NCBI GenBank assembly: GCA_002104905.1
Contig: MCFE01000127.1
Coordinates: 62,001 to 126,000 of the forward strand
Direction of reading: 5' to 3'
Length of the DNA: 64,000 bases
DNA from: Basidiobolus meristosporus CBS 931.73
Lineage: Eukaryota > Fungi > Basidiobolomycota
Made by a program: the position numbers and the translations under genes. Positions 26,130-39,709 of the stretch are shown here, piece by piece (the stretch's first letter is position 1; every line of letters begins with the position of its first letter). Under the pieces are notes generated by a model that worked only from the letters and a program-made list of their open reading frames with translations, was not told where the DNA came from and made no database searches.

Positions 26130-27600
26130 CTAGGCCATTGTAGTATTGCGTTTGAGAAATGGTGAAGGAATATCATCATCCTCCTCCATCATAATCGTCA
26201 ATCGCGGATTACCATTGACTGCAGCATTGTTGTTTTGTCTGGGTGCACTTAAATTCGAAATATCCATGAAATCATACTCCTTTTTCGGGGTATTCAGAAG
26301 CTTTGCATGGATGGCCTTGAGTTCCATTTCTCGCTCCTCAACCTGCGCTTCGCGCGCTTTAAGATCCGCTTCCCGTTTGTTCAGTGCAGCCTCACGTGAG
26401 CTGATATTGGCCTCTACTTGTCGAAGTTCGTCTTGTCGTGCCTTCAGGTGTGCTTCCATTTCTTGAAGTACCTTGTAACGCGAGTTAAGTTCCTCCTCTT
26501 TCTTTTTGATGAGAGATTGGCGCTCTGCATTTTCATTGTTACGTGTATAGTTTTGGATCTTTTCAATTTTGAGAAGCTGCGTGGTAGATGGACGTGCTGA
26601 AGGCTGCGAAGGGAATGAGAAATAAGTAACTCCACCCAAGAGATTGAAATAAAAATAGACCGACATTTAGCTGAAGCATGGATTTGACAACGTTGTTCAA
26701 TTCATTAGAGTAATAAGACGGGAGCCTTGGGACTGAGCCAGTCAAGATCTTATTAAAGAGTACAGCCTGCGATTGTGCTGGGAAAGGGGGCCTAAAATCG
26801 AATCAGGGTCAGTTGGAGGTTCTAAATAAACGTTGGTAGTACTTACTTGAGAGCACAGATTTCGTACAAAACACACCCTAAAGCCCATATATCCGACTTT
26901 GCGTCATAGGGCTGGCCATTAATGAGTTCTGGGGACATGTAATACGGGGTTCCAACGTATGTCTTTGCAAACATTGTGGCAGGATCATCTAGTACTCTGG
27001 ATAATCCAAAATCACCCAGCTTGATATTGCAGTCACTATCCAAGAAGATATTGTCTGGCTTCAAATCTCTGTGTAGAATGACATGATGGTCCTTGTTTGA
27101 TCGCTTCGAATACCCTTGGTGGCATTCGTGGAGAGCCAAGACCGTCTGGGCAAATATATTCCATACCGCCTCTTCCTTGATAAGTTTGCTATATCATTCA
27201 AGTGTCAATATTTACAACATAATAAGGTTTTCACATAAACTAGTTACTCTTTCGCAATAAAATCATTTAGCAGTGCCCGTAGATCACCACCAGAGCAATA
27301 TTCCATGACTAGATAGAAAACACCAGAGTTCTGTATGAACTGTCTATCATAATATCTAACAATATGCGGATGACGAATCTCCTTCAAGATGTTCAGTTCT
27401 GCAACAAGTTGTTGTTTCTCCTTCTCCGATAGCTTTACATAGTTGATTTCTTTGCGAGCAAGAATCTTCAAAAATAAATTAGAAACCGCCAATACTATAA
27501 ATTTGGGGATGCTTACCTTTCCGTCACTTTTTCTCTTTACTTTACGGACTAAGCCGAAAGATCCAGAGCCAATAACTTCTAGAGATTCATACTTCTCCAT
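26130..27600 (-). CDS. NIMA/NEK2-family Ser/Thr kinase
   Basis: MEKYESLEVIGSGSFGLVRKV, ARKEINY, ILHRDLKPDNIFL, KLGDFGLSR, YVGTPYYMSPE, C-terminal coiled coil and DDIPSPFLKR tail typical of NIMA. Confidence 0.94.
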
Positions 27601-28111
27601 TTCTTTTAGTAAATACAACGGCGTAAAATAACTATGGGAGCAACAAGTGCAAGAGTACAGGGACGGGCTACGCAGAAAAGTAACTTCAAATAAGCTGACC
27701 AGCAAGTATGAGAGAGTGTTCAATTTCTCGGTTGGTTATGTTTGTTTGTCACTGTTTTTGTTTTGACTTGGAAAGTTGATATTGAATGATTTTTTATATT
27801 ATATTTATATATACATAGTTGTAAACAGGATCTGGATGGTTGGCCCAATCACCATGTGGGAGTGTGTTATTCTTTGAATACAAGGCTATGGAGTACTCAA
27901 TAATCGATATAGCTAATTTGTTACCAGTAGTCATGGCGATATTGATACAAATTGCTCGTTTGGCTTTATTACATAATAGAGTAGGTGGTGCATAATACGG
28001 CAACTTTTAACGATTTTTTTAATGTGAGCAAAAGTACATATTGAATTGGGCTGGTAGAGGGATATCGATTTGCAAAATGACAGTTTATTAGTATTTAAAA
28101 ATCAATAGCGA

Positions 28112-28618
28112 TTATTGATCAGTTTTTCTTCTAGGGGCACGGCGGCCGCGGTTGGCGCCGGGAACGAAAGCTTGGGTAGGAGCAGCAACTGTGACACCAG
28201 GAAGGTTCTCCATATTGAGAGCTTTGAGGAGCTCCTTAGTTTCAGGGTCGACTTCAATATTGGAGATATCCAGGGCGGAGAATTCGGGAACATAGTTATC
28301 CTTGCGTTCACGTTCTTCTTCTTGGAGTTTGAAGGAAATACCACGAACGGGTCCACGTTGAATACGCTTCATCAAATGAGTGGTGAAACCGGCGATCTTA
28401 TTACGAAGGCGCTTGGAGGCAATGATAGCAACTTCATCGCAAATCTTCTTGTTGGTTTGGAAATCCAAAGTAAGACGAGGATAATACTTCTCAATGATTA
28501 CTCTGGAGGCCTTCTTAACGGTCTTGGTACGAACGCGACCCTATAAGTTGTTTCAGTTATATATTAGATGGATGGATAATAGAAAGTATTGGATCTAAAG
28601 ATGATATTTATGTACCAT
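28112..28618 (-). CDS. RPS17: 40S ribosomal protein S17 (eS17)
   Basis: ATG|intron 28541-28615|[20 protein letters not shown]...[56 protein letters not shown]. Confidence 0.97.
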
Positions 28619-29168
28619 TCTATATTATATCTTGCTGACGAAAAACGTAAATACTAGTTCAAAGAAGCGAGGTTGACCCAAGCAATCGAGAGAAAGACTG
28701 AAATAAAACATTTTCACCCTTTTGTGCGTTTTATTCACTTATCGGCGCTTAAATAGATCTCGATCATTATAAGCGAATCATTGTTCCAGTTGTCCCTATT
28801 CCATCGGAATCACAATTCAGATCAATTTTCTCGGTAACTTCGAGTAGTGTTTTACTCGGAAAGGTGGACATCGAAATATCTATATATATTAACCCTATAA
28901 CACTGTAAATCATGAGGAATTACTATGTAGGTTGAAATCACCATGATTGCATAGGTTTGATGGTCGGTTAATACATCGTTGGCATTCTCATGACATTATT
29001 TTATTAAATACAAATTTATTCATGTAGCTCTAATATATGAAAGGAAAGAGGGATGCGGCACAGCTATAAACAACTGAGGTCGTAGCTCAGTTATGATGTT
29101 CATGGTATTATTGACGTCTTGCGAATGTTATTCCATATATATAGAATATAAAAAGGCACTTCCAGACT

Positions 29169-30625
29169 TTACTTTGCGACTCCAACAATATTCTTCTTAC
29201 GTTCAGCCACGCGAGGGACAGCGCCGGGCTTGGAATGTTTCCGCAAGTTCTCCTCTTTAACCTTTCTGCTTTGAACCATAACCTTCTTGGTCTTTTGTGC
29301 TTTGGCGATAGCCTTAGGAACGTGACGATGCTTGTCGACACGTCTGATTTCTGGCAAGTGCTTGTATCTATTCTTGAGCTTCTCGTTGTATTCAAGGTGT
29401 GTACGCTCTCTAGTATCCTTAGTCCCCATTCTTTCAGAAGCATTGGCTCTCCATAGACGAATATTGGCGTCGTCGGATCCAGATATGACATACTTGTTAT
29501 CCATGGAGTACTTGACGCTGAAAATTCTCTGCATACGTTTGGTATGGTAAACGTCACGACTATGACCCTCTCTGGCACGGAAAATACGAATGGAGCGGTC
29601 GTAAGATCCTGTTACAATTTCTTCTCCAGTGGGTGAATAATCAACATCAAGAACTGCCGAGACATGATCCTTCAAGACATTGATGGCTCGACCCATATTA
29701 CGCATGTCGAAAGTGTAGCAGTTATGATCTTCGTTAGCAGCAGTGAAGTTAAATGCTTCCATGGGATTCCAAGCAAGAGCATTTGTCTTGAGTTGCATAA
29801 CAAGTTTTGCCAAAGGAGTAGAGGAACGTAGGTCGTAGAGTGTAATGGTGCGGTCGGTTCCACAACTGGCAAGAATATTGGTTTCGGTTTGGTTGAATTT
29901 GACCGCATTGATAGTATCAGCACCCCAGCTAAAAGTATGGGTGGGCTCCGAGCGGTTGACATCCCAAATCTCCACATCGTTGCCACATGTGGCGAACCAA
30001 GGCTCTTCACGGTGATGATCGACAGCATTGAAGATACTTTTGCCGAAGAAGGTATTTACTGGTTCGTCAGAATCAAGGCTCCAAATCTTGACTGTTTTAT
30101 CCACACCAACAGAAATAAAATTGTCAAGCTGGGGAAAAGCACAAACCCCACGGACAATTCCTTTGTGGGCAGCAGGAGCACGCCACAAAGTCTGTTGCTC
30201 AGAGAGTCTCCACACTCTAACCTCTAAAGAAGTGGACAGTTGTCATTATCAACCTCAATAATATCATTGTAAGGGAAAAGGTACATACCACCATCTCCAC
30301 TGCCGGAGATCAGGTTTTGCAAATCCTTAGGGTGTTTAGCCATGCAATACACTCCATCGGCGTGACCGGTTAAGGAAGCGATAAATGGTTTGGCAAACAT
30401 TCTCTCGAGTTTGGTTGCATTGAGAGCGCGGGTATACTCTCTAGCTTTCTCGAATGGATGTAAAGATGGATCCAAATTCCTCTGCAATTTATGTATGTCA
30501 TTAGATCTCTCACGAGTATACTCTCCAGCAGATCTTGATAAAGCTTTAATTTTCTAAAATAAATGGGTGCAAAAATCTCAGCCTTCATGCATATAACACA
30601 ATGAAAGAAACAAGTGGGTTACCAT
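29169..30625 (-). CDS. SOF1: U3 snoRNP/SSU processome WD40 protein Sof1/DCAF13
   Basis: ATG|intron 30554-30622|KIKALSRS..., RNLDPSLHPFEKAREYTRALNATKLERMFAKPF, WD40 repeats, YHTKRMQ, SGSDDANIRLWRA, Sof1 tail. Confidence 0.96.
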
Positions 30626-31470
30626 TTCTTACACCTGGTAGCGAAAAAGTAGCCAAGTTCTCAGAAAGTCCTTTCCCTTTGCATGGCTACGGTCACAATA
30701 TTATATGAAAAAAAAAGAAAAAAATGACCGTTAAAATTTATTGTCTGCTACTATGTCAAATCAAATTCATTCTGAAATATTTTGAGCAGGAATACTCTAA
30801 CAGGCTCACCTGTATTTCAACTGATATTGTAAAGTGCGTATTCAACTCCATGCACACTTACAGAGTAGCTTGGCATTGTCAATTAATTGTCACAAATCTT
30901 TTAGATTGGGGGAGGAAATATATTATCGACAACTATGAACTAAATACATGAATTATAAAATTGGGCTTAGCACTGTACCAGCAGGCTGATTTACTGGTTG
31001 TGTTCAATTTAGGGGCGATTCGTAGTAATTTCGTATTGAGTAAAATAGAAACTAGTAGCACTCAACATTCTGTAAAACACCACTGCATACAGCCAAAGTT
31101 CTTTGCATATTCAATTACATAAGATACCAGGTCTGCAACTATCAACCAAGAGTTTTCATATCCTCATTGTAGTACCTTTAACAAGTCGAAGCATGGCTGA
31201 GCAACTGAGGAGGTTCGCTATGGAAGGTCACTTATATACTTTTCAGCTCGTGTTACGACATTTCTTGTAACGCCATGGTACTGACAGTCCATGTTTTAAT
31301 ATAGGTGGAATTGGGACTTGCGTAGCTGAGGAAGACTCTTCGCGATCCGAAAAAAATGCTTTGCCATTTTCTACAGGCACGTTTAACTTCGTTAATCTAT
31401 TCAATATAATGCGTGGCTAAAAAAGTTCATTCTAAAGGTGATATCATTGTAATTCTTAACCATATTAAAG

Positions 31471-33746
31471 ATGACATCTACCAGGTACTTTCCACTTTTG
31501 TGTGTTTAGTATATTCTTCCACTTTTGACTAGAGTCATTGAACAGGGATATTGTGACGACAAAATCGGTCATTTCTCCATCGATTCAGTACACATAATAT
31601 ACCTAAATGTCGTTGGAACACCTGTCCGAAGAAGAGATACGTTGTATAATGACGTCAAAGGTATCGGTAGAAAGGAAAAAGCCAAAGGACGTGACAATAG
31701 CATGCTTTTGGACACCGAAAAACAACCCATCGACTTGCGAAAATTAACACTTTTAGAGAGTTCGGAGAGAACAGATAGCAGCAGCAACAATGGTCATGCT
31801 AATGGAGCTTACAACGAGTACATATTTGTGTTATTAAGCATGAAAAACCAATGTTTATCTTTATAATCTAATTCTTCAGGCATCAATCTATCCCAAATGA
31901 CTTGGATTCTACCAATGCCTCGAGCTTGAAAGCTGAGGAGAACACTGCTGCAGCTTTAATCGAAACTTGTGATATACCTTTATCACAAGGTCAGGCAATA
32001 AATGATGGAGTTACGATTATGCTGACACCATCGGATGATGTGAACATGGTTGAAATACAAGGTTCTTCTGAGCGGCATATTCGTGAAACTATTACCGTCC
32101 CACCAAACAACGACGAGGATGGCTATAGTATGAGAAGTGGCAGCGCAACTTCACTTCCACGTACCATATCCAGGAGTTCTGCGCTAGAAGATGATTCTGA
32201 TGACATGGATCACTCTAACGCAGGGTCAGTTAATCAACAGCTTACGGTGGATAACTATGGATTTTTGTGCGATGCATCTGACTCGGAGAGTTTTGTTACT
32301 TTACAAGACACAGGGTAATCCGTAACTAATTTCATCATTTTTATCAGCATACACTAAGTATTTTGAAGACCGCCACACTCGCGTTTAGGCAGAGTTTTGG
32401 GCTTGCATAAGGATAGAGAAGCCAAATGGATCGAAATACTCTCAGGTTATAATGTTGATTATGTCAAGCACTCAACACGGGTGAGTAATTACAATCTATC
32501 GGCCCAGCCAGCAAAGAACTAACAAACGTATATTAAGATCAAACGGCTGGTTGGGTATGGTATTCCTGATTCTCTGCGAGGTCAAGTATGGCAATATTTA
32601 GCGGATAGCCATGCATATCGTCAACCAGGGTTGTATCGGGTAACACGCCATTTGAGGCTATCCTTGTAACTCTCCATCTTACTTTTCAGCATTTTTTAGG
32701 AACTTTTATCGAAAGAAAGATTGGAAATATACGACGTCATAGAGAAAGATATTCAAAGATGCTATCCCGATCACATCATGTTCTATGAAGCTAATGGCAA
32801 CGGGTACGATTGATCAGGCATATTCTGTCGAGCAGCATTAACACTCGATGGTTTTGTTATTTAGGCAAACAAATTTATACGAAGTGCTCAAGGCTTACGC
32901 CCACTATAATCCCGAAGTTGGCTATTGTCAAGGAATGGGGCGGCTGGTAGGAATGATGTTGATGCAGAATATCTCTCCAGAGGTGATTAAAACTGTAACT
33001 CTTGATGAAGCCTTTGCTAACAGTATTCTATAGGATACATTTTGGCTACTTGTGGCTACTATAGATAAATATCTATCTGGTTACTATACCCCCACCTTAT
33101 CTAAACTGCGGATCCATGCAGCGGTTTTTGACCGACTTCTATTAATACATAATCCTAAACTACACCGAAAGCTGGTATCTAAACACTGAAACGACGTTAT
33201 TCGGCTGTCCACTGGTCTAACATGCAATGAAAAGGTTTCAAACGACGTTGTTCCATTGATGTACATGACCCAGTGGTTTCTTACAGTATATACGATGACT
33301 CTGCCTTGGTCCACCGTTCTCCACGTCTGGGATTTGCTATTTCTGAGAGGTATCTTTAGCATGTGAAAGTAGTAGGTTTACATTTTGATTAATTCTCGTA
33401 TACTCGCTTCAGGCGTAAAAGTACTTTTCCGGACAGGTCTCGCCATTTTAGATTGTTGCAAGGGTTAGTACAAAGTAGCATTATGTATTAAGGATTGAAT
33501 TGTTAAGTTTGCTCCACCTCAGATCATCTCTTGAACCACTGCCCGTCCAACACCGAAATCCTTTCATTCCTGTTGCATATCCCTCATGAAATACTTCAGC
33601 CAAGTGCTATTTTAGAAGCATCCAAAAAAATCAACCTCAAATCCAGTGAGGTCGAAAAACTATCTAAGAAGGCTGAGGAGTTGGGACTTGCCGACAAAGG
33701 GTCTTCTAGAGATACCAAAAAACTGAGGAAAAAAGGATTAATTTAG
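31471..33746 (+). CDS. TBC-domain Rab GTPase-activating protein (EVI5/TBC1D10/Gyp5-like)
   Basis: About 10 exons. GIPDSLRGQVWQYL, Arg finger IEKDIQRC, Gln finger VGYCQGM, QWFLTVY...LPWSTVLHVWD...GVKVLFR. The N-terminal exons are less certain. Confidence 0.88.
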
Positions 33747-34145
33747 TCAACTTGAACATATTGATGTAAGCAATGAAAGCTATCTATTTACATATCCACC
33801 AATATCCAATACCATACTTTTCTATTGTATATAATCTGAGCTTTCTATGCCAACCAGATAAATTTCAGAATTTTATTTTCCACGGGAAGTGTCGACTTAT
33901 CTCCCCAGGTGCAAAGGGATCTTGTGACTACCATTGGCTTAGCCACCATTACCTAAAGGATCAAGTTTAGATTCGAATGAGTCCGTGACACAAATTCCTA
34001 AAGGTAATGGTAATTCATTTTGCATTTTGGCTTAGCTAGCCACTTCACTATATATACAGCAAGCGCTAAGATATGGTTTCGATAAGCAAAGGGTCGTTTG
34101 TCGTAGAATTCTATTTCACAATTCTTCCTATCAATATCCTTCAAT

Positions 34146-34784
34146 ATGGCGGGTCTTTTGGCTGTAATAGTCTCACTAATCTTGATCACATTCAGAAATC
34201 TGCCCAGTGCCGTTTCAGCGCCTGCCCCTTCTATAGATGGTGTTCCTCAGCTAGATCTTTCGCGAGCCTGTGAAGAAGTCTACATCAGTTTGGCTATGAG
34301 TGCATCTCCATGCGTGCCACTACCAATGATAAGTATGATGAACCCATCATTGGCAAATGATCTAAACCCTGACAGCTACAGATCAGTTTTACTTGGATAC
34401 TGCAATGGACCAATTTGTACCAAGACCCAAGCTTCTAGTCTGGCGTCGCACATTAAATCCCAATGTAGCGAAGATTTGAAAAAGCCAGCATTGGTGACAA
34501 CACTATTTCTTCTAGAAAACTATGAACCATTCACAGAGATGAGCTGTGCGGAGGACTCCTTTGGTGGCAACTGTCTATTGGAATACCATGATACATACAA
34601 CACGAATCCTGCTGACTTCGCCTATGATGAACTATGCACCGAATGTAGCCAATCATTGTTTGGAATATTCAACAAGTGGAGCGACCAATACTCCACATTT
34701 TTCAACCGCACCTATTTTAACCAGCTTGGTGACACTTGCCAGTTTTCCTACAGCAAGCTTATCAAAGCCACCCGCAATCATTAA
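34146..34784 (+). CDS. Secreted cysteine-rich protein (212 aa, 10 Cys, intronless), function unknown
   Basis: Hydrophobic signal MAGLLAVIVSLILITF; 10 Cys including a CxxC (LCTEC); no GPI or TM tail. Confidence 0.78.
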   Translation: MAGLLAVIVSLILITFRNLPSAVSAPAPSIDGVPQLDLSRACEEVYISLAMSASPCVPLPMISMMNPSLANDLNPDSYRSVLLGYCNGPICTKTQASSLASHIKSQCSEDLKKPALVTTLFLLENYEPFTEMSCAEDSFGGNCLLEYHDTYNTNPADFAYDELCTECSQSLFGIFNKWSDQYSTFFNRTYFNQLGDTCQFSYSKLIKATRNH

Positions 34785-34966
34785 TCGCGCCAACCCTCCA
34801 CACTTACATCCATTCAACGTTTCTTTACTGATATGCTTCGTCACAAATATGCCAAATAAACATCCACGTGAAGTGGGTAGATTAATAATAGTGATCGAAC
34901 GGTTTATTCTAGTACTCACTTCGACCAGCCCGTTAATATACAAACATCCGTAAGTGTTGTTCAAGA

Positions 34967-36092
34967 TTATTGTTGTTTACATTCAGGAGCTTGTTGGTTA
35001 GCAGGAGCTGAGGAGTATTCTTCCTCTTCATCGTCATCATCATCGTCATCATCATCATCTTGCTCGTCGCTGTTATCTTCGTAGTAGTCGTCTTCATCAT
35101 CATAGTCGTCCAACCCAAATCCTTCATACTCGAGAGCCTTACCGGTGAACCAGTCAATGGCATGAGGGATGAGCTTTTCCTTAAACTCTTCACCAAGTTC
35201 ATAATCAGCCTCCAATTGCTCGCCGATATCGTTCTCCTCGTTCTCATCGAGATCCTCGGCATCTGGGACCTCGATAGGGGTGAAGAAGTTGAAGAAAGTC
35301 TCAGCGGGGACGGTTCTCTTGACTACTCTGGTCTTGTTGGTGCTCTTGTGTCTTTGCTTCTTGGTCTCAATGGTAACAGAGAGATCCTTGCCCTCCTTCC
35401 ATTCAATGACCGTGCCCTCGGCATGGTCGAAGACTAGATCGCCACTGGTAGCAGATTGTTGATAGTAGTAAGTCTTGGTCAACACAGTGTTGTTGAAATA
35501 CTCATTCTCCGAGAAATCAAACTCCAATTTGAATCCAGGGTTCTCTTCGAGGTAAGCCAGACGAATGTTGGTAAGGCTCTTGAGAGCCTCCTGATCTTGC
35601 TCAGTGATCATGTCGGCGATTTGAGCATGGTTCTTCATGGCAGACAACCAGAACTCGGGAACACCAGCGGTGCTTTGAGCTTCATCGATGATCTCAGCTT
35701 CGCTGGATGATTCCTTGATCTCCTCAGTAAACTCTTCATCAATTTTCTTGCCAGCCTCAACTTGATCGTCTGAAGGCTCGGTTTTGCCGACAACGATGTC
35801 GTTTCTCTTTTCATAAAGGGGAGTGTAAAGACCAAGGTATTTCTTTTCCAACTCAAGGATATCTTTGTGGAACTGTGCTTCCAATTCGGAGTGTTCAGCC
35901 TAAGGAAAGTGTGTTATGATGGAATCCAACCGGCTGCAGTAAACTAGGGAAACTCACTTGAAGTTGCTTCAAAGCAAAGATACGACGCTTGACTGGCTCG
36001 GGGAGAGACTTAATGTAGCCTGATTGTTGGCCAACGAGTGAGCCAAGACTACCTTGGAGTTTGGCAATCAATTCAGGGCTGATCTGATCCAT
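34967..36092 (-). CDS. NAP1: Nucleosome assembly protein Nap1
   Basis: VKRRIFALKQLQ|AEHSELEAQF, GVPEFWLSAM, YFNNTVLTKTYYY, IEWKEGKDL, KKQRHKSTNKTRVV, ETFFNFF, poly-Asp tail ending ECKQQ. Confidence 0.96.
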
Positions 36093-36668
36093 GACTTTAG
36101 AAATAAAGAGAAGTGGCGGTTCACGTTTGTATCGAACGGATCATGCTATTAATAATTTTCAAAGCAGGGGAGAGAATTGTTTTGTTGAGGGAAGGGGATA
36201 CAAAAAAAAAAGTATCCACGATTAAAATGATTTCGTACAATCAGCAACACATACTGTCAGTTGGAAATTTCATTGACCAATGTCTATCTAAATCGTGATT
36301 TATACTTGTTGATTTGGTTCCTAATACTGACGGGATGACCAGATGCTTATATGCTGGGACTGTAAGATTACTGCGTCTTGAAAAGGGTGATTTCTAGAGC
36401 CCACCATTCACTCAACTAATATTGAGCATTCTGATGGCTCTACTAGCGACTTCTGCCAGTGGCATTTCCATGCGATACAAAGGCAATTATGTATAATTAT
36501 ATCAGTAAACTTTGCAGGCTGAGTCATCTCTTGATATCTGATTTTTATTTTATCCCAATTAATATCTTTAGAACTATATTTTTGATTATTGCTGAATTTA
36601 TTTACCAAGGTTCAACCGGGGAAGCTCTTGGGTTCTGCATCACGATTGACGCCATCATTGGCGGTAAA

Positions 36669-39420
36669 TCAAAGTGATTCCTCCTCGTCACTGTCCATCT
36701 CACCACTTGAGTTCCGATACAAAACTTTCAGTGGTTGAACGAATTTTGAAAGCTTGGATAATTCGGAAATGCGCACGTTCATCAAGTCAAAACTGATGCC
36801 AACCTTCGCATGAGAGTCAGTAAATACGGGAACCTGAGGATACCGTTGACTGAAGTGAGTCAGCAATAGAAAGCTAGAATTCATTCTTCAAGGTGTGGGA
36901 ATTTTGAGGTTCTGTCAGTAATTCAACAAGCGACTTTGAGGACAGAAGAATATGTACCTTGCGCTGACATCTATTGCTTCTGTTACTGTGCTGTGACGTT
37001 TTTCAATGGCTTCTTGCTTTTTTTCATGTTCGAACGTAGCCTCATGAATAAGCAAAGTAGCATCCTTACCTAAGTGGACAAGCTTGTCACATGGGCGAGT
37101 GTCTCCAGAGTACCTAGTGAGGAATCAACATTGGCTATTGGAAATGTGCAGAAAGTGGAGAGGCTACTTACACCAACTTCCAACCCTCGGTATGCTCCAA
37201 GCTTATTCCATAGGCCCAGGGACAATGAATTACATCAGTTGTCTTGATCTCCTTCAGGTTTAGTGCCTGCTTAAGATCCTTCAAATGATATGGAGTGTAA
37301 TTGCGCTTTTTATGATAGACAAGCTCTTCAGCATTGATAAAGCGAATGCTGCCTAATCCAATTTCTTGTACGTCGCTGTATTCATGTAACCAAGTCTGGA
37401 ATCGAAGTGGTGCTACAATGTACAATGGCTGCTTATGGGTGCTGGGTTGTAGTTCATTCCACTTATCAAGGATACGAATAACACCAAGATGATGATCAGC
37501 ATGCAAATGGGACACAAAGATAAACTTCAATGACCTGAGAAAGTCATCTACGCTTTGATTAATCATCTGATTGTGTGATTTGTTGACCCCAAGATGGCGA
37601 TACAGTTGCCCGTAAGTGCCCTCGCCGGCGTCCAACAAAATTGATCCTACGTGGGGGATGATGATCGCGGTCGAGCTGACATTGCGATATTTCGATGGAA
37701 GAGATGAGCCTGTTCCCAACGTAGCTATTACCACATCTTCCTTGGAAGGTTGCGTTCTATCTATTTGTAGTTTCTTGACTGCGTTAACGTAATCCTGTCG
37801 TCTGTTCAAGAACGGTTTGAGCTCCTTGGCGCTAGGGTTGAGCGGAGGTAAGACCCCAGAAGTGTCCAACTTTTGCGTAGGTTCTGTGTGGTACACGAGT
37901 AGACTTGACGCTTCCACACAGCGCTTCGGTAGGTCGGGGATTGACGATAATTGTTTCTCAGCAACGTTGGAGAAGTATGGAATTGGGAATATCTCGCTGT
38001 CTATGTGGGATAGCTTCATCTGTGCTTTGGCGCTACCTGAGAAGGTGATAGTTTGGGCGCAATACTTGGGATGCGCAACAATATGCTAATTGTGGAGTAA
38101 GTAAATGCAGTGTTTGCCATGCTCATGAAATAAACATACCTGGCACCCAGAGCCGAATTTTTTCATCCATTTCTGATACTGCTTATTTTCTAATACATCA
38201 TCTCCAACCAAATGGATAGCACAGTGAATGTTGAGGCTTCTACCAGAGCCTAGAAACTGTTCGAATTCGGGAGAGTTTACCAGAGAGGGGATATATGCTG
38301 TGGATGGGCAATCAACTATGATGAAATTCTACTTCAAGTTAATTGAAGACCTGAAATACCACCTGATGCCATGTATTACTTACAGTTCCGGGACGAGATG
38401 GGCCAACAACTTGCTCGGGCTTTACTACCACGCCACTGGATGTGGTAACAGACTGTCCGTTTTTCAACTTGCCTTTTAAATTGGTCAGAATACCTACTTC
38501 TGTAACGATTGAAAAAATCAACTGTACCAAAATCGGGTCCTCGTTGTACACCTAATTCTGCAGCTGCTTTAGGGTCAAATTTCCCTTGAATCGTTGGGCC
38601 TTGGCATATATAACATAGCGCGATCCGTGACCGCTCTACTCGAGGTAATCTCTCATATATCTTTCTTTCATTGGTAGGATTGGTAACCTTAGGTTTCTTA
38701 CTGACCGACTCCTTTTGGACCTCCAACTGGGCCTGCTTACACATTGATATATCGATGTTTTTCTCGCCGAACATTTTCTTGAGAACGGTTTGTCTGATAC
38801 TTTCTGCATCTTCTGCCTCCCTAGCTGTGTCTGTCTCAGTTGTAGGCTTTCTTTTTCTTGATCTATCTATGCTAGCAATATTGATGGGAGTTCCGCGGTT
38901 TGGCTGGTAATCGGGAGTAAGCTGAACTGTTGTCATAGTCAAATTTTCGTCTTTATAAGGTTCCATCGATTCATTTAAGCCAAGCTTTAGCGAAGACCTA
39001 GAGTTAAAACAGCTTAATTTTGCAATCATCAATGGAATATATTTACCTTTTACCTTTGGATGAAATGGCGGGTCGCAGCAATAAAATGTGTTAGATTGGG
39101 TCCGCCATGAAGAGTAAGCTTGGTGGTACCAGCGTCAGCTAAAGTAAGCATCATGCCTAGGAATTACATGGATTAGAATGCTGCATCATTTGCCCAGCCA
39201 ATGTTTCCAAGCTATTACCGGGAATTCCACCAGTGTTCTCCCAGTTGATTCTGGTAAAGAAAATGTTTTGAAGCTTCGCTAAACGAACCTTCTTCTCTAC
39301 ACACAAACGCTGCGTCCCTTCTCCGCAATTAAACAGATAGCGCTGGGAATCGAAATGTACGACCACAGACGGGGTAACATCTACCCCTGATGTTCCTATA
39401 ATTTGAATATACGATTTCAT
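36669..39420 (-). CDS. TRZ1: Long-form tRNase Z (Trz1/ELAC2)
   Basis: [11 protein letters not shown] pseudo-motif, GP-rich flexible arm ([10 protein letters not shown]), [57 protein letters not shown]. Confidence 0.95.
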
Positions 39421-39709
39421 GGCTATAGAGCTCTTTCCGTCCAAGTGCTAGCTCTGTATTCGCTTCGACCTTGACTTCTAAGCATTTTTATTTTTTTTGT
39501 AGGAGCCACCACTGCTGTTATTTCATAGGAGAAGCAAATCAATATCAACATCACCCAAATTATGGTCAATCAACTTGTATGGTTAATTGGTCTCTTGTAT
39601 GAAAAAGGGCGCATTTTAAAAAGGTCACCAAAATTCGAAATCTGATTTATCTCCCAAGAATTTTCTTCACGCAAGGTTCTTCCTCTTTGGCTGTACGTTT
39701 CTAGCGACC

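Noticed and set aside
30554-30588. Possible GC-AG intron after ATGAAG in SOF1 (ORF-track start 30588)
   Set aside because: An upstream ATG|GTAACC donor at 30625-30622 gives the canonical MKIKALSRS start with an ordinary GT-AG intron.
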